Shown here: positions 51,177-62,842 of the stretch, piece after piece
Numbering within the stretch: the first letter of the stretch is position 1
Layout of the letters: each line of letters begins with the position of its first letter
From: Lama guanicoe
Taxonomy: Eukaryota
Assembly (NCBI GenBank): GCA_013239625.1
Contig: MU054391.1
Location: 6,035,824-6,099,823, forward strand
Length of the DNA stretch: 64,000 nt
Direction: 5' to 3'
Translations under genes and position numbers: made by a program
Notes under the pieces: model-generated
Told to the model about the DNA's origin: nothing
What the model saw: the letters and a program-made list of their open reading frames with translations, nothing else
The model's database searches: none

Positions 51177-53477
51177 CAGCTAGGAGCAGGCTAACATGTC
51201 GGGTTTATGCCCCAAAACCAGGAGCAGCAATTCGAATTCACCTCTGCCTCCTGCATAGCCCCTGTCTAGATGCCTGGCCCCAAAGCCCGCAGCGTAAGCG
51301 TCCCAAGGAGGTGAGTGTCGACCAGCAGCCTCCCGCAGGGTTGGAGTGGCAGGGGAGGAGGGAGCTATCTGTGTGCATTGAGGGCTCATGGCCTCCTTTC
51401 TCTGTGGGGTCTCAACCAGCACACCCAGTGGGGGAGGCTCAGATGGGTTTGGCAGAGGAGCTGGGAGAGGTAGGGAAAGATGGGGGTGTCATGACTGTGG
51501 CCTTGAAGCCAACAGGGCCTTGGGCTGCCCTCCAAGGGCTAGCATGTCCACCCCTTTCCTCTACGCTGCCCTTTCCCCATCCATGCAGGGATTCCAGGGT
51601 GCTACCAAGCTCCACCAGCTATCACCCACCCACCCCTGCTGGCCCCGTAGGCCCCATCTATGGCTGCTGGTGTCCTGAGCATCATGGGGAGGCTTCCAGC
51701 CTTTGGAGCGGGGCTTGTTCAGTGAGGGTCGACTCCATGGCTGGCTGCAGGATCACCCCAATTTGGTCCCCCCGAGTGGTTCTTCTCAAGGCCACTCACA
51801 TCCCCTTCCAAGCAGCCCCTCACCCTCACTCACCCCTCCAAAATGGGACCTCTCTGGCGGAGAGGCCTCTCTCTTCTTTCACTCTCACCTTCCCTATACT
51901 TCCGCCCCCAAAGCAGTATCTCTTTGTCCTTCATGTTAGATCCTTTCTGCAAAGGCCAGGCTAGCTTAACTTCCAGATGCTTCCTAGATGTAAAGGAAAA
52001 TATTTGCATTTTCTCCTGGGAGGTGCGTTCAGCGCTGGAATGTGTTAGAATCTTTTCCTGCAACAGAGAAAATGAAGAGGAAAAAAACCTTAGTTTCCAG
52101 ATCAAACCATGTTGTCCATTTATTTCCTGGCTCACCTCATGCAGACATTGTCTGGGCCCCAACCGTAAGTCTGGGATGAAGAGGGGAATTTGAGAGTTCC
52201 TGCCCTCAGCGCTCCTTGGGCAGAATGAGAGCAAAGATGCTAGTCTTTGAGCAGGAATAGCCCTGGCTAGAAGGGTGCTCGGAGCCCCAGTGACTCTGGG
52301 ACACGGCAGTGGCTAGCTGTGCAGGGAAGGGGGGAAGGCTCCCCAGGCAAGATCCATGGGGCTTTGAGGTGTGGAAGCAGAGTGGGGGCGCGGGGGGTGC
52401 TTCAGCCCTCAGGGAGAAGGGAGAGCTTGGAGATATAAGACGCCACTTAGGCATCCCCTTCAAGAAGACCCGGGGCTCCCACATTTCTGGAGCTCCGATA
52501 CGTGGGGCTGTAAAGGAGACACCCCCCAGTGCCCCAGGCCCTCTGCCGTCAGGGTACAGGGACCCGAGGTCTCATCGGAGGCCACAGATGCCAGATTGGG
52601 TACAAAGCCACACCGTGTCCTCTGGCAGGCGCTAAGGGACGCTACTCAGCCAGCCCAAAACAAGTGCAGCTCTGGAGGGACCTGGCACCCAGTGGATGAT
52701 GCCTCCCCAGCCCACCACCTACCCCAGAACCTCCGCCTGGCAGACACACCCAGGGCGGCGCTGGGACCCAGGTCTCCAGGTCCAGCATCCTTCTCACCCT
52801 CAGTGTGAGTGTCCTGATCTGGGGTTTGGAAAATACTGCCACCAGCCCCATGCCAGCACGTCCCCCAGACATCTGTGGGGAAGCAGATCGCGTGTGATCT
52901 TCATGCCTTGCCCCATCCCAGCTGCGCTAACATCCAGAAGCTTCCGTTACACAGAGCACTTCCCACCAACAGACTCACTCACTCCCCCACGACACACCCA
53001 CATGAGCGGGCACCCAGAGGAGTGAAAGCTGCCTCAGGGCCCGCAGCACAGCAGGGATGTGTTGGTGTCTGAAGCTCAGGTGGGACCCAGCGGTCCATTG
53101 CTTTTCCTTTGCGGTCGCCATGGTGCTTCTCTTGTGAGAAGGAAAACTTGCAGAGCGCCTCCCTGGGCCATTTAAGGGGACCCTCACAGAGCAGAAAGAA
53201 GAGAGGGCACAGAGAGCCACCTTGCATGTCTTAAGTGCTGTCACAGAGAGGGGTGCAAAGTGCTTCAGGCCCGACCTCCTCCTGTGGGGACCTTGAGCCA
53301 CGGGGAGGTGTCTGGAGCAGGAGGGGCTGCCTCGAGAGGTGACAACAGGAACAATTCTGAGAGGGAAGGGAGGGCAGCACCTGCAGACAGCAGACAGGAC
53401 GTTTGGGGAGGTGGGGATCACTTTATTTAATTCTTGAACCAGCTTTGGGAGGAATAGGCTGAGTTCCTATTCCTGCT

Positions 53478-53580
53478 TCTCAGAGATGAGGAAACCCAGG
53501 CTCAGAGAGGTTGTGCGACATGCCCAAGGCCACACAGCTGTGAATGGATTATTGGAAGCCCAAGTCCGAAAGTCTGACCC
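53478..53580 (-). mobile_element. MIR SINE fragment
   Basis: agatgaggaaacccaggctcagagaggttgtgcgacatgcccaaggccacacagct. Confidence 0.75.
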
Positions 53581-56371
53581 CTGGTCCGAAGGGAATGGCA
53601 TCTCAGAAAGGCAGGCCCCAGGCCCTAGCAGGCGCCAAGCTCCTGCTGGCTGGCTGCTCGGGGAAGTGGTGGCTCTCAGCAGGAAGCCTGCTTCCAGTGC
53701 TGAGTCACTCTGGCCCCTGGCTGGTGTGGGCAGGAGGAAGGTGGTTGCCCAGGCTGTGGTGACCACTCAGCCCTTTGCTCCCTGGGGCTCCCAGCGGCCC
53801 CACATGTCCTGTCCAGCTGCAGAAGAGGCAATCCACTGGCCCTGCAGGGCCTGGCGAGGCCCCGACCGTCCCTCATCCACAGTGTGTTGACTGGGCTGGG
53901 GCTGCCCAGGGCGAGGTGGAGCCCCCCTCAGTGTGCTGTCAGATGGGGAGGTGCCGGCAGGCAACAAACCCATCCTCTTGGAGCCCGGTCATTGTGCTGT
54001 GTGGAAGGAATACAGGCCCTGGTGGGGCAGGACCAAGGATCTGGGGGAGCCGGTGCTGGCAGCCAGAGGGTGCTTAGGGAGGTGACATTTGAAATTTGAG
54101 GTGAGTTCTGAGGGGTGAAGGTGCTTGATAAGCGGAGACAGGTGACAAGGGCCCTCCCAGCAGGGGCACGTGTGGGGCAGGCAGGCCGGTGGGAGACAGA
54201 AGGAATTGCAGGGTGGCGGGTGCAGCCTGGCCGGCAGGGGAGGCCAGGGCGAGGGGAGGCGCACTTCTGCTGTCAGAAGCTGCCAGCTTGCGGCGGGCCC
54301 TGATTTCTCAGCAGACTCCACTGTGATCAGGTTCTCGGCGGGCTCTTGGGCAGGGAAGGCTGGCCGGGCTGGTAGAAGGGTCCTGCCTTAGGAGCAGCTG
54401 GTGGTGAGGACGCCTGAAAGGCCTCAGTGCCTTATGTCTTCATGTCAGAAGATGGAGGTCTTGGGTGTAAATCCTGTGGGAAGGTTCCTACCCTAGACAT
54501 TCCTACCCAAACGTACAGCTCTGATGGGGGGACCCTTCCAGACAGCAGGTCTTTTGGGGGAGAGAGAGGGTGCTGGCCTCAACTGACTCCCCGCAGGCAG
54601 GGCCTGGCCCTCACTTGCCTCTGCCCTCAGCGTGGGCAGCCAGGCCTGGGGCTGCAGAGGGCTAGTGGGCACCTTGTCCTGCTCCCTCTGAACTGATGCC
54701 TTCTCTGGCAAACCAGGACAGCCAGGGCCTCCCAGGAAGACCGTCAAGGTGGGAACAGCATCTACCTAAGCCCACGCCCCTCCAGCCCACCCACACACTT
54801 GCAGTCTCTACCCTGATAAGAGAAACCACGAAGCCAAGTGCTTTACTACCTGCAAAGCGCTTTGAGACTCCCTTTCTTACTGGTGTCCTGTCCACCCCCG
54901 ACCTGAAGACAGTGATGGGGGGAGCTTCTGCCCCAGTGGCTTCCAGGCAAAGCAAAGGAGGGAGGGGCAGCCCAGTGTGGGTGGGACCAAAAGAGGGTGG
55001 GTTGAGGTCCCCAAACCAAGGTTCTGGAGCTGCCAGAAGCTCACAGTGTGGTCCAGGTGTGACCTTGCCTCCCTCTACCTGCAACTGACGCATAGCCGGG
55101 ATATTTCAGACCCTGACCCCCTGGAGCCTCCTCGAAGCCTCTAGACCACAGTGCCTGAGAGGTTCAGGATAGCTTGGGGGTTCTGTAGACAGTGGATCTG
55201 AACTCAGGGATGATGGTAGGCATAGAAGGGAGCATCTTCACCCCAAGTCAGGACAGGATGCTGCCTGTTCAGCCCAGGTGAGCCCTGAGGATAAACCCAG
55301 GCCTGCCAAGACTCTCAGATCCCAAACATCTTTCCCTGGGAGATAAAATGCACTGACGTTTCTTCTCTGTCTTACTCGCCAGGAAGGGGAAGGGCTCAGT
55401 CAGGGGGACTGGGTCTTGGGGCTCGGTTCTTCTAGTGTAGAAGGAAGACACAGCGAGTAGTCATGGACCCCCAGATCATTAACCCAGCCAGTGTTTGTGA
55501 CAGCCTGCCTCTGCTTCTGCCTGAAAACAAGTCCCTGCTGTCAGGGAGAGCACATTTCGTGGTGAAGACAGGCACATAGTCAGTTTTTAACGGTGGGAGC
55601 AGACACTGGAGGAGCACGGAGTAGCTCAGAGGGCAACTTCAGCAGCCTGAGGTCAGGGCGAGGAGGGTGAGGCACCCACTGCCTCCACTAAAGGAAGCAA
55701 AACGCCATCATCAAGACAAATTTTATTTAATGCAGTGTTTTGAAAACTCAAAATTAATGTAAAAAAATCCACTATGAACGACACATCAAAAACTTAAATG
55801 GAGACTGGCTCTTTGTGGTATGACACTGTCTCATTGTGCGATGGAACAAGGGTTTCCAATCTGCCCAAGTTCTCGGTCACATGGCTTGATTGCCCTGAAT
55901 GGGTTTGATGGGCACAGAGGGGTGACCATGACCTGTGAACAGAGTAAGTGACTTAGGGCTGCCATGAAGTCATGGCTTTTGATTGTAGAGTTTCTGCTCA
56001 CCTTTCCTCTTGGTTCAGGTATGGGAGGTATTTCGGTAAGTGGACAGAGGAACGCACACTTTTCTTTCAGCCTAAGTCTCAAGTGTGGCTTGGGGAGTCC
56101 AAGGGGCTCTTAAGGCTAAAGGGCTTCCCGCTGGAGGAGAGCATGGAGTGTCCCAGGCAATTCAAAAGCCTGGAAGCAGGAAGCAGGAGTGCTGTTCAGT
56201 GGAATCGCCAAGAGGATACAGGAAAATGAAATCTTTTTTGTGTGTATATGTATGTAGTTACAGCTCTACGAGATACTGTTCACATACTGTGCAATTCACC
56301 CATTTCAAGTGCACAATTATGGTCTTATGTTTACTCACAGAGTTACGCAACTATCACCAGGACCAATTTTA

Positions 56372-56702
56372 TTTTATTTTCATCTTTTTATTGAAGTTTA
56401 TTCAGTTTACAACGTTGTGTCAATTTGTGGTGTACAGACTATTTGTTTCAGTCATATATATACATTTTCCTTTTCACATTCTTTTTCATTATAGGTTACT
56501 ACAAAACATTGAATATGGTTGCCTGTGCTCTACAGTGTAAACTTGATGTTTATCTATTTTAAATATAGTAGATATATATATATCAATAAACCTTAGACTA
56601 GGCAACTCTTTTCGCTCAAAGGCCAATCTTGAACTTCCATTTCATCTCTTCCCCCACCTCCCCGCCTTTCCCCTCCCAGTACCCATGAGTTTGTTTTCTA
56701 TG
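56372..56702 (-). mobile_element. 5'-truncated lineage L1 3' end nested in an older L1M fragment (~56260-56820)
   Basis: ttttattgaagt...ttttcattataggttactacaaaacattgaatatggtt..tgtgctctacagt; 16-bp TSD accaggaccaatttta (56356-56371) / accacgaccaatttta (56703-56718). Confidence 0.88.
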
Positions 56703-57059
56703 ACCACGACCAATTTTAGAATGTCTTTATCACCCCAAAAAGAAACTCGTTAGCAGACAACCCCCTCCTGGCCCCCAAATTCACTCCAATCACTGCCTAG
56801 GAAATCATGAGTCTACGAAGAAAATAAAATGATTTTTACATTGGATGTTAGACCTTAACAGATCCTGCACCTGTCTCAATAGTGTAGATATGGATATGTG
56901 CTAACGTTCTGATCCAGCACCTTCACTGGGAGAGCCCTAGGACCACCTTAGTCAGTGTTCCAGCTTGAGGCTGTCCCTTTAAAGTACACAAAGTGTAGTT
57001 TATTTCAATTACTTTTTCATGGAAATATTTCTAAGATATTGTGAGATTTGCCCCAAAAG

Positions 57060-57780
57060 TTATTCTCCTCCTGTTCCTTAGCAGGATCCCAAATTTATTT
57101 GGAACTGCAAAGATCTCATTTAAGGACTACACATTTTTCAGCTTCCTTATTGGAAGGTGTAGCTATATAAATAAGTTCTGGCTAATCAGATGTGAGCAGA
57201 AGTGTTGTGCGGCACATACTTTCTCTTTAGAAAGGAGGGAGATGGCTCTTTTCCTTTTTCCATCCTTTTGCCTAGAAAAAGTATATAAGTGCTGGAGCTT
57301 TTGCAGCCTTTCTGGGCCATGAGGCAATTTTGAGACTAAAGATGATACAAGAAGGAGAAATATATGAAAAGAAGACTGAATCTCTGTCGCCTGGGACAAG
57401 TTTAATCCCAGACTTCCTCTCTCTGGGCTACTTAAAAAAAAAAGTTTTAAAATCAACTTTGAGTTATAATTTATATTAAAAGCACCCATTTTCAGTGTAT
57501 AGTTCAATGAGGTTTGGCAAATGTATATATCCACGCAACCACCATCCCAATAAAGATACAAAACATTCCTGTCACCAGCCAAAGTTTCCTTGTACCTTTT
57601 TGTAGTCAATCTCCGCACTCCCCCTCCCCGCCATATACTTGCCCTATTTACTTTCCATCCTATAGATTAGTTTTGCCCTGGGCTACTTTTATATGAGAAA
57701 AAACTAAACATCTATTTTGCTGAAGCCAATATGTTGGGGGTCTTTATTATTTGTAGCTGTTTCTAATGCAGAACTAAATA
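57060..57780 (+). mobile_element. Old MLT1 (J/K-like) LTR interrupted by an antisense L1M 3' fragment (~57440-57695)
   Basis: aagttctggctaatcagatgtgagcagaagtg; end tgaagccaat...ttatttgtagc; inner cacccattttcagtgtatagttcaatgaggtttggcaaatgtat. Confidence 0.55.
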
Positions 57781-57864
57781 TAGACATATTACACATACTC
57801 AAATAGAGGCTCCTAAACACACTGTAATATGTTTTTGATAACTTGAGACTGTTGTTAGATGTCC

Positions 57865-58250
57865 TGTGTCTTTGATTGTTCCCCAGGCAACAGATTTGGA
57901 GATGAGATTTCCAGGCAGGAGCTTTATTAGGGAGTGTCCTTGGGGACACACCTCTGCAGTAAGTAAGAGACACAGAATGAGGCAGCTACAACAGAGCCTC
58001 AGCCATCCTCACAGGGAGCTTTGAGGCTGGGTAGACCTTCCAAGATGTCCTGGGTTGGGTCGCCAACTTAGCAGTTACTGAATGTGGGCTGTCCCTGGGG
58101 AGCAATGAACCTTAGACCAGGCAACTCTTTTCGCTCAAGGGCAATTCCCAGGGAGGGATCAGGCCATTAGTAGCCAATACTCCCAGCAGCTGAAGTGTGC
58201 ATGTCTTGGGTCTGATGGCGAACCTGGGAGGCTCATCAGAGAAGCCATGA
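57865..58250 (-). mobile_element. LTR16-like (ERVL) LTR
   Basis: ttccccaggcaacagatttggagatgagattt...ctttattagggagtgtccttgggg...cctcagccatcctcacagggagctttgaggct. Confidence 0.6.
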
Positions 58251-59357
58251 CTCCATGAGCTCTGGGTGGTGTCCTCAGGGCTACTCAGCGGTATGGGAAT
58301 AGTTTGTATCTGCCCGGCAAGACCTTGTGTTCCTCATGGGGCAGATGCCTGGCTCTGTGGGCCCTGAAGCTCTCAGAACAGCAGAGGCCTGCTCTTGGGG
58401 GCGGGGCCATGATTGTCAAAGAAGCCACGCCCCTCCAAAGCTGCTCAGTTTCTGCTGAACCTTCTGTGTGCTTCTCCTGGATTCTTTCTGGACAGCATCC
58501 CCCTCCCCGCCCATCCTTCACACCTGAGAGGCTGAGAGGTGTCGGACGTCTTCTCCCCTGTCTCTCAAGCTGCCCTTTCCAGGGGCTGTCTTGGCACACC
58601 TTGGCTTGGGCAGCGCCTCCCTTTTCCTGGCCCTTCCTTAATTTTGAGCTTTATGGTGACTTCACTGACCCTGCTTGAAAGACACAAAATTTCACATCCT
58701 TCTGAGCCACTCACATTCCTCTGCTGTGATAACGGTCCACTATTTCTAATATTCTGCCTCATTTTACCAACTAAGGCTGCAGCTTCTACAGAATCCAGTA
58801 CCTGGGCTTTCTAACAACTGCCTCCTCTGTGCCAAGAGATTTGGCTTGAGGGCTGCATTCCAAAAGGCTGAGGTTCCTGGCACTTTGACTTTTAGATTAG
58901 CTGGGCATTACCATAAATCAGAATGGAGACAACGATAGATTAAAACGAGGGTCAAGGGATACTCTTCGGGTTACTTTTTAATGAGAACCATTTTAAAATA
59001 CAAGTAAGTACAGAGAACATCAGATACATATGCATCCACAGCACGGTGGCTATCAGGGCATAGTGACTTCACAGTTCTAGAAATAATGCATGTCAGGTCT
59101 AGGTGAAGCCCCCTTCCATCACTCCAGTCTTTTCCCCACCTGCCCTGTCCCAGAGCAATCCTTAACACGAATTAGTGGCTGTTCTCTTTCAGCCCATTTT
59201 GATACTTTTGCTATATTTGTACATATTTATGCAAATGTACATTGTATTGTATGTTTTAAATAAACCTCAACAGTGTCATACCATACAGTTTCCATTCCTT
59301 GCTTTTTTAAAAAATTCATTGCTATTTTGGAGATCTAGCCATGTTAATTCAGGTCTA

Positions 59358-60030
59358 TCTAACATCAACAAAAGAAAGGACAAAATCACATGATCATCTC
59401 AACAGATGCAGAAAAAGCACTTGATATAATTCAACACCCATTTAGGGTAAAAACCGCTTATCAAAATGGGTATAGAGGGAACATATCTCAACATAGTAAA
59501 AGCTATTTATGACAAAGCCACAGACAGCATAATACTCAAAAGTGAAAAACTGAAATCCTTCCCACTGAAGTCTGGAACAAGAGGAAGATGCCCACTCTCA
59601 CCACCTCTATTCAATATAGTTTTGGAAGTACTAGCCACAACAATCAGGCAAGAAAAAGAAATAAAAAGGATCCAAATTGGAAGAGAAAAGGTAAAATTGT
59701 CACTATATGCAGATGACATGATACTATACATAGAAAACCCTAAAAACTCCACACAAAACTAGAGTTGCTAAAATAATTCAGCAAGGTAGCAGGATACACG
59801 ATTAATATACAGAAATCAGTTGCATTTCTTTACACTAACAATGAAATATCAGAAAAAGAGAGTAAAGAAACAATCTCTTTAAAAATCACATCCAAAACAA
59901 TAAAATAGTTAGAAATAAATCTGACCAAGGAGGTGAAAGACTTATACACAGAGAACTACAAAAGGCTGACTAAGGAAATTAAAGCTGACTTAAAGAAACG
60001 GAAACATATCCTATGCTCTTGGATTGGAAT
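59358..60030 (+). mobile_element. Internal LINE-1 ORF2 reverse-transcriptase fragment (pseudogenic)
   Basis: [20 protein letters not shown]...[21 protein letters not shown]...[16 protein letters not shown] with YADD motif, then frame disruption; no 3' UTR or poly-A attached. Confidence 0.95.
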
Positions 60031-60057
60031 ATATCTAGATATATACAGTTAACTTGA

Positions 60058-60202
60058 TTTTTTAAAAAAAGTTTTTATTGAAGAGTATTTGATTTATGGT
60101 GTTAGTTTCAGGTGTACAGCAAATATACATTCTTTTTTAGATTCTTTTCCATTATACGTTATTACAAGAAATTGAATATGGTTCCCTGTGCTATCCAGTA
60201 GG
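60058..60202 (-). mobile_element. Lineage L1 extreme 3' tip
   Basis: ttttattgaag...ttagattcttttccattata..ttattacaagaaattgaatatggttccctgtgctatccagtagg. Confidence 0.75.
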
Positions 60203-60885
60203 TTAGTTACTTATTTTAACTGCTGTTTATAGGAGTCCATTGTATGAATAGAACTTGATTTATTTACACCTTTCTTGAATGCTGTACATTGAGGCTGCTT
60301 TCAATTTTCACGCTTATGCTGCAGTGATGTCTTGCACGTGGCTTTTTGGCTTCTGCACAGAGGTTTTCTTGGGGTAATAACTGGGGTGAGGGTGCAATTG
60401 TTGGGCTAAAGGATATTCACTTCCTCATCTGTATTAGATATCGCCAAATTGTCCTCCAAAGTGATTATTTCGATTTACTCCCCCCTTCCCTCTGTATATG
60501 TGGGTCCCCCTTATTTACCCACATCCTCTTCACTACTTGTGCTGGTGAGGAGGAAAAACTCCCTTGTGGTTGTTTTATTTTGTCTCATCTGCCGATGAGG
60601 TGAACATCTTTCATGTTCATTGGCCACCTGGATTCTTTCTTCTGTGAAACTCCTTTTTCGCGCTATAAAAGGATTTTGCCCTCTCAAGTTTCTTTTAATG
60701 TCTTGTTCTTGCAATACTAAAAAAAAAAAAAAGTGTAGTCCCACAAATCAGGAGAGGCTGGGGAGAAAAAAATCTTTCATAGGAGTCTAATCCAGGGCCC
60801 AGCTCCCAATCTGGTGTTATTACCTATACGACTTGGGGGCAGATAGCTTCCTCTCCGGTTTTTAAAGTTTCATCGATTTATTTTT

Positions 60886-62190
60886 CAAGTGTACAATCAG
60901 TGGCTGTTCACAAGGCTGCACAACCATCATCTCTATCTAATTCTGAAAAGAAACGCCCTCCCCACTAGCAGTCTCTCTCCTTCTATTTTCCTCAATTCCC
61001 AGACTCTGTCAACCACCAATCTACTGTCAGCCTCTATGGATTCACTTATTCTGTACATTTCATACAGCTTCTTTCACTCGGTGAGATGTTTTCAAGGTTC
61101 AATATGCTGTCACATGTAGAAGCACTTCATCTCTTTTTAGGGCTGAATAATGTTCCATTGTATGGACAGACCAGATTTTGTTTCTCTGTTCCTCAGCAGA
61201 TGGACTTTGGAGTTGTTTCTACTTTGTAGCTGTTAAGCACGGTGCTACTGTCAACATTCCTGCACAAGTTTTGAGGGAGACACCTATTGTCAATTCTCTC
61301 AGGCATATACCTGGGAGTAGAATTTCCAGGTCATATGGTAACTCTATTTTTAACTCCTTGAAGAACTGCCAAGTCTTCTCCATAGCCATCACAGTAGTTT
61401 TATATTCCTCCCTGCAGTGGACAGATCCACATTCCCAGCAATACTGTTATTGTCCATCTTTTTTATTATAGCAACGCTAGTGGGTGTGGAGTAATCCTAC
61501 TGAGGTTTTGATTTGTAATCCCCTGATGACTAATACTGCTGATCATCTTTTCTTGGTGTGTGCTTATTGGCCATGTGTATATTTTCTTTGGAGAAATGTC
61601 TACTCAAGACCTTTTCCATTTTTAAATTGGGTTGCCTTTTTATCGTTGAGTTCTAAGAGTTCTTTATGTATCCTAAGTAGAAGTTCCTTATCAGATATTT
61701 CATTCGCAAATAGTTTGTTCCATGTGTGAGTTGTCTTTTCATGTTCTTGACAGTGTCCTTTGAAGTACAAACGTTTTTAGTTTTGATGCAGTCTGACTAG
61801 TCGACTTTTTCTTTGGTTGCTTGTGTTTTGATGTCATATCTAAGAAACCATTGCCTGATCCATAGTCAAAAAGATTTATGCTTATGGTTCCTTCTGAGAG
61901 TTTTATAGTTTTAGCTCTTACATTTAGGCCTTTGATCCATTTTGAGTTAACTTTTTGTAAATGGTGTGAGGTAGGGGCCCAACTTCATTCTTTTATAAGT
62001 GACTGTCCAGTTGTTCCAGCACCACTTGTCAAAAAGACACATCTTTCTCCCATTGAATTTTCACAGCACCCTTGTCCAAAACCATAAATGTGAGGGTTTA
62101 TTTCTGGACTTCCGATTTTATTCCATTAGTCTACGTATCTATCCTTACGCCAGTACCACGCTGTCTTGATTACTGCAGCTTTGAGGTAAT
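60886..62190 (-). mobile_element. Older L1M fragment (ORF2 end plus 3' UTR)
   Basis: ggctgaataatgttccattgtatgg...tggagaaatgtctactcaag...tgatccattttgagttaacttttt...ccagttgttccagcaccacttg. Confidence 0.88.
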
Positions 62191-62254
62191 GACATAGTTC
62201 CCAGATGTAAATTAGAAAGCACATTTCCTGGTTGCCTCAGAGGAGTGTCTAGGC

Positions 62255-62532
62255 CAGTGGTTTTCAAAGTGTGGTCTCCAGTTAGAGATGCAAATTCTGG
62301 GGGAAAGAAGTTGCTCAGAGGTAGAGCACATGCTTAGCATGCTCATGGGCCTGAGTTCAATCCCCAATACCTCCATTAAACAGACAAAAAACTCAAAACA
62401 AGAGAGGGAAATGCAAATTCTCAGGTAACACCCCTTTGTGAATCAGAATCTCTGTGGGGTGGGACCTGGCAGTCTATGTTTCTACAAACTCTTTTCGGGA
62501 TTCTGATGTGCATTAACGTTTGGCATCCACTG
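62255..62532. mobile_element. MER5A-like MITE split by a SINE
   Basis: cagtggttttcaaagtgtggtc...atgcaaattctcagg...gaatcagaatctctg...gattctgatgtgcattaacgtttgg..ccactg. Confidence 0.8.
62299..62407 (+). mobile_element. tRNA-Ala-derived SINE (Vic-1-like), diverged
   Basis: gctcagaggtagagcacatgcttagcatgc...gagttcaatccccaatacctcc; TSD gagatgcaaattct (62285-62298) / gaaatgcaaattct (62408-62421). Confidence 0.88.
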
Positions 62533-62539
62533 GTCTATA

Positions 62540-62842
62540 TCTGCACCATCCACATGATAACCACCAGCCACACACTGCACTTGAATTGCAGCCAGTCCAA
62601 ACTGAGATGTACTGTTAAGTATAGAACACACACTGAATTTCAAAGACTTAGTGTAAAAAAAAGAACGCAAAATATGTCATTCATAATTTTTAGATTGATT
62701 ACAGGTTGAAGTAATATTTTCTATAGATTGGATTAAAGAAAATGTATCATTAAGATTAATTTCATCTGTGCCACTTTACTTTTAAAAATGTGCCTACATA
62801 TGTGGGTTGTGCTTTCTTTTTGTTGGAATTTGGACAGTGTTG
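62540..62842. mobile_element. MER33-like hAT-Charlie element
   Basis: gcacttgaa...agtccaaactgagatgtactgttaagtat...gaatttcaaagacttagt...taagattaatttcatctg...ttggacagtg. Confidence 0.75.

Noticed and set aside
51101..51964. Longest ORF (287 aa)
   Set aside because: Starts inside the MER21-like LTR, Pro/Gly/Ser-rich composition typical of GC-rich non-coding DNA, no recognisable domain
59466..59762. Functional or domesticated reverse transcriptase
   Set aside because: Only 98 aa, frame broken just after YADD, catalytic domain incomplete; ordinary L1 debris
32344..62407. Five tRNA-Ala(AGC)-like sequences as true tRNA genes
   Set aside because: They carry the SINE 5' extension, diverged stems, A-rich tails and in several cases TSDs, so they are SINE copies
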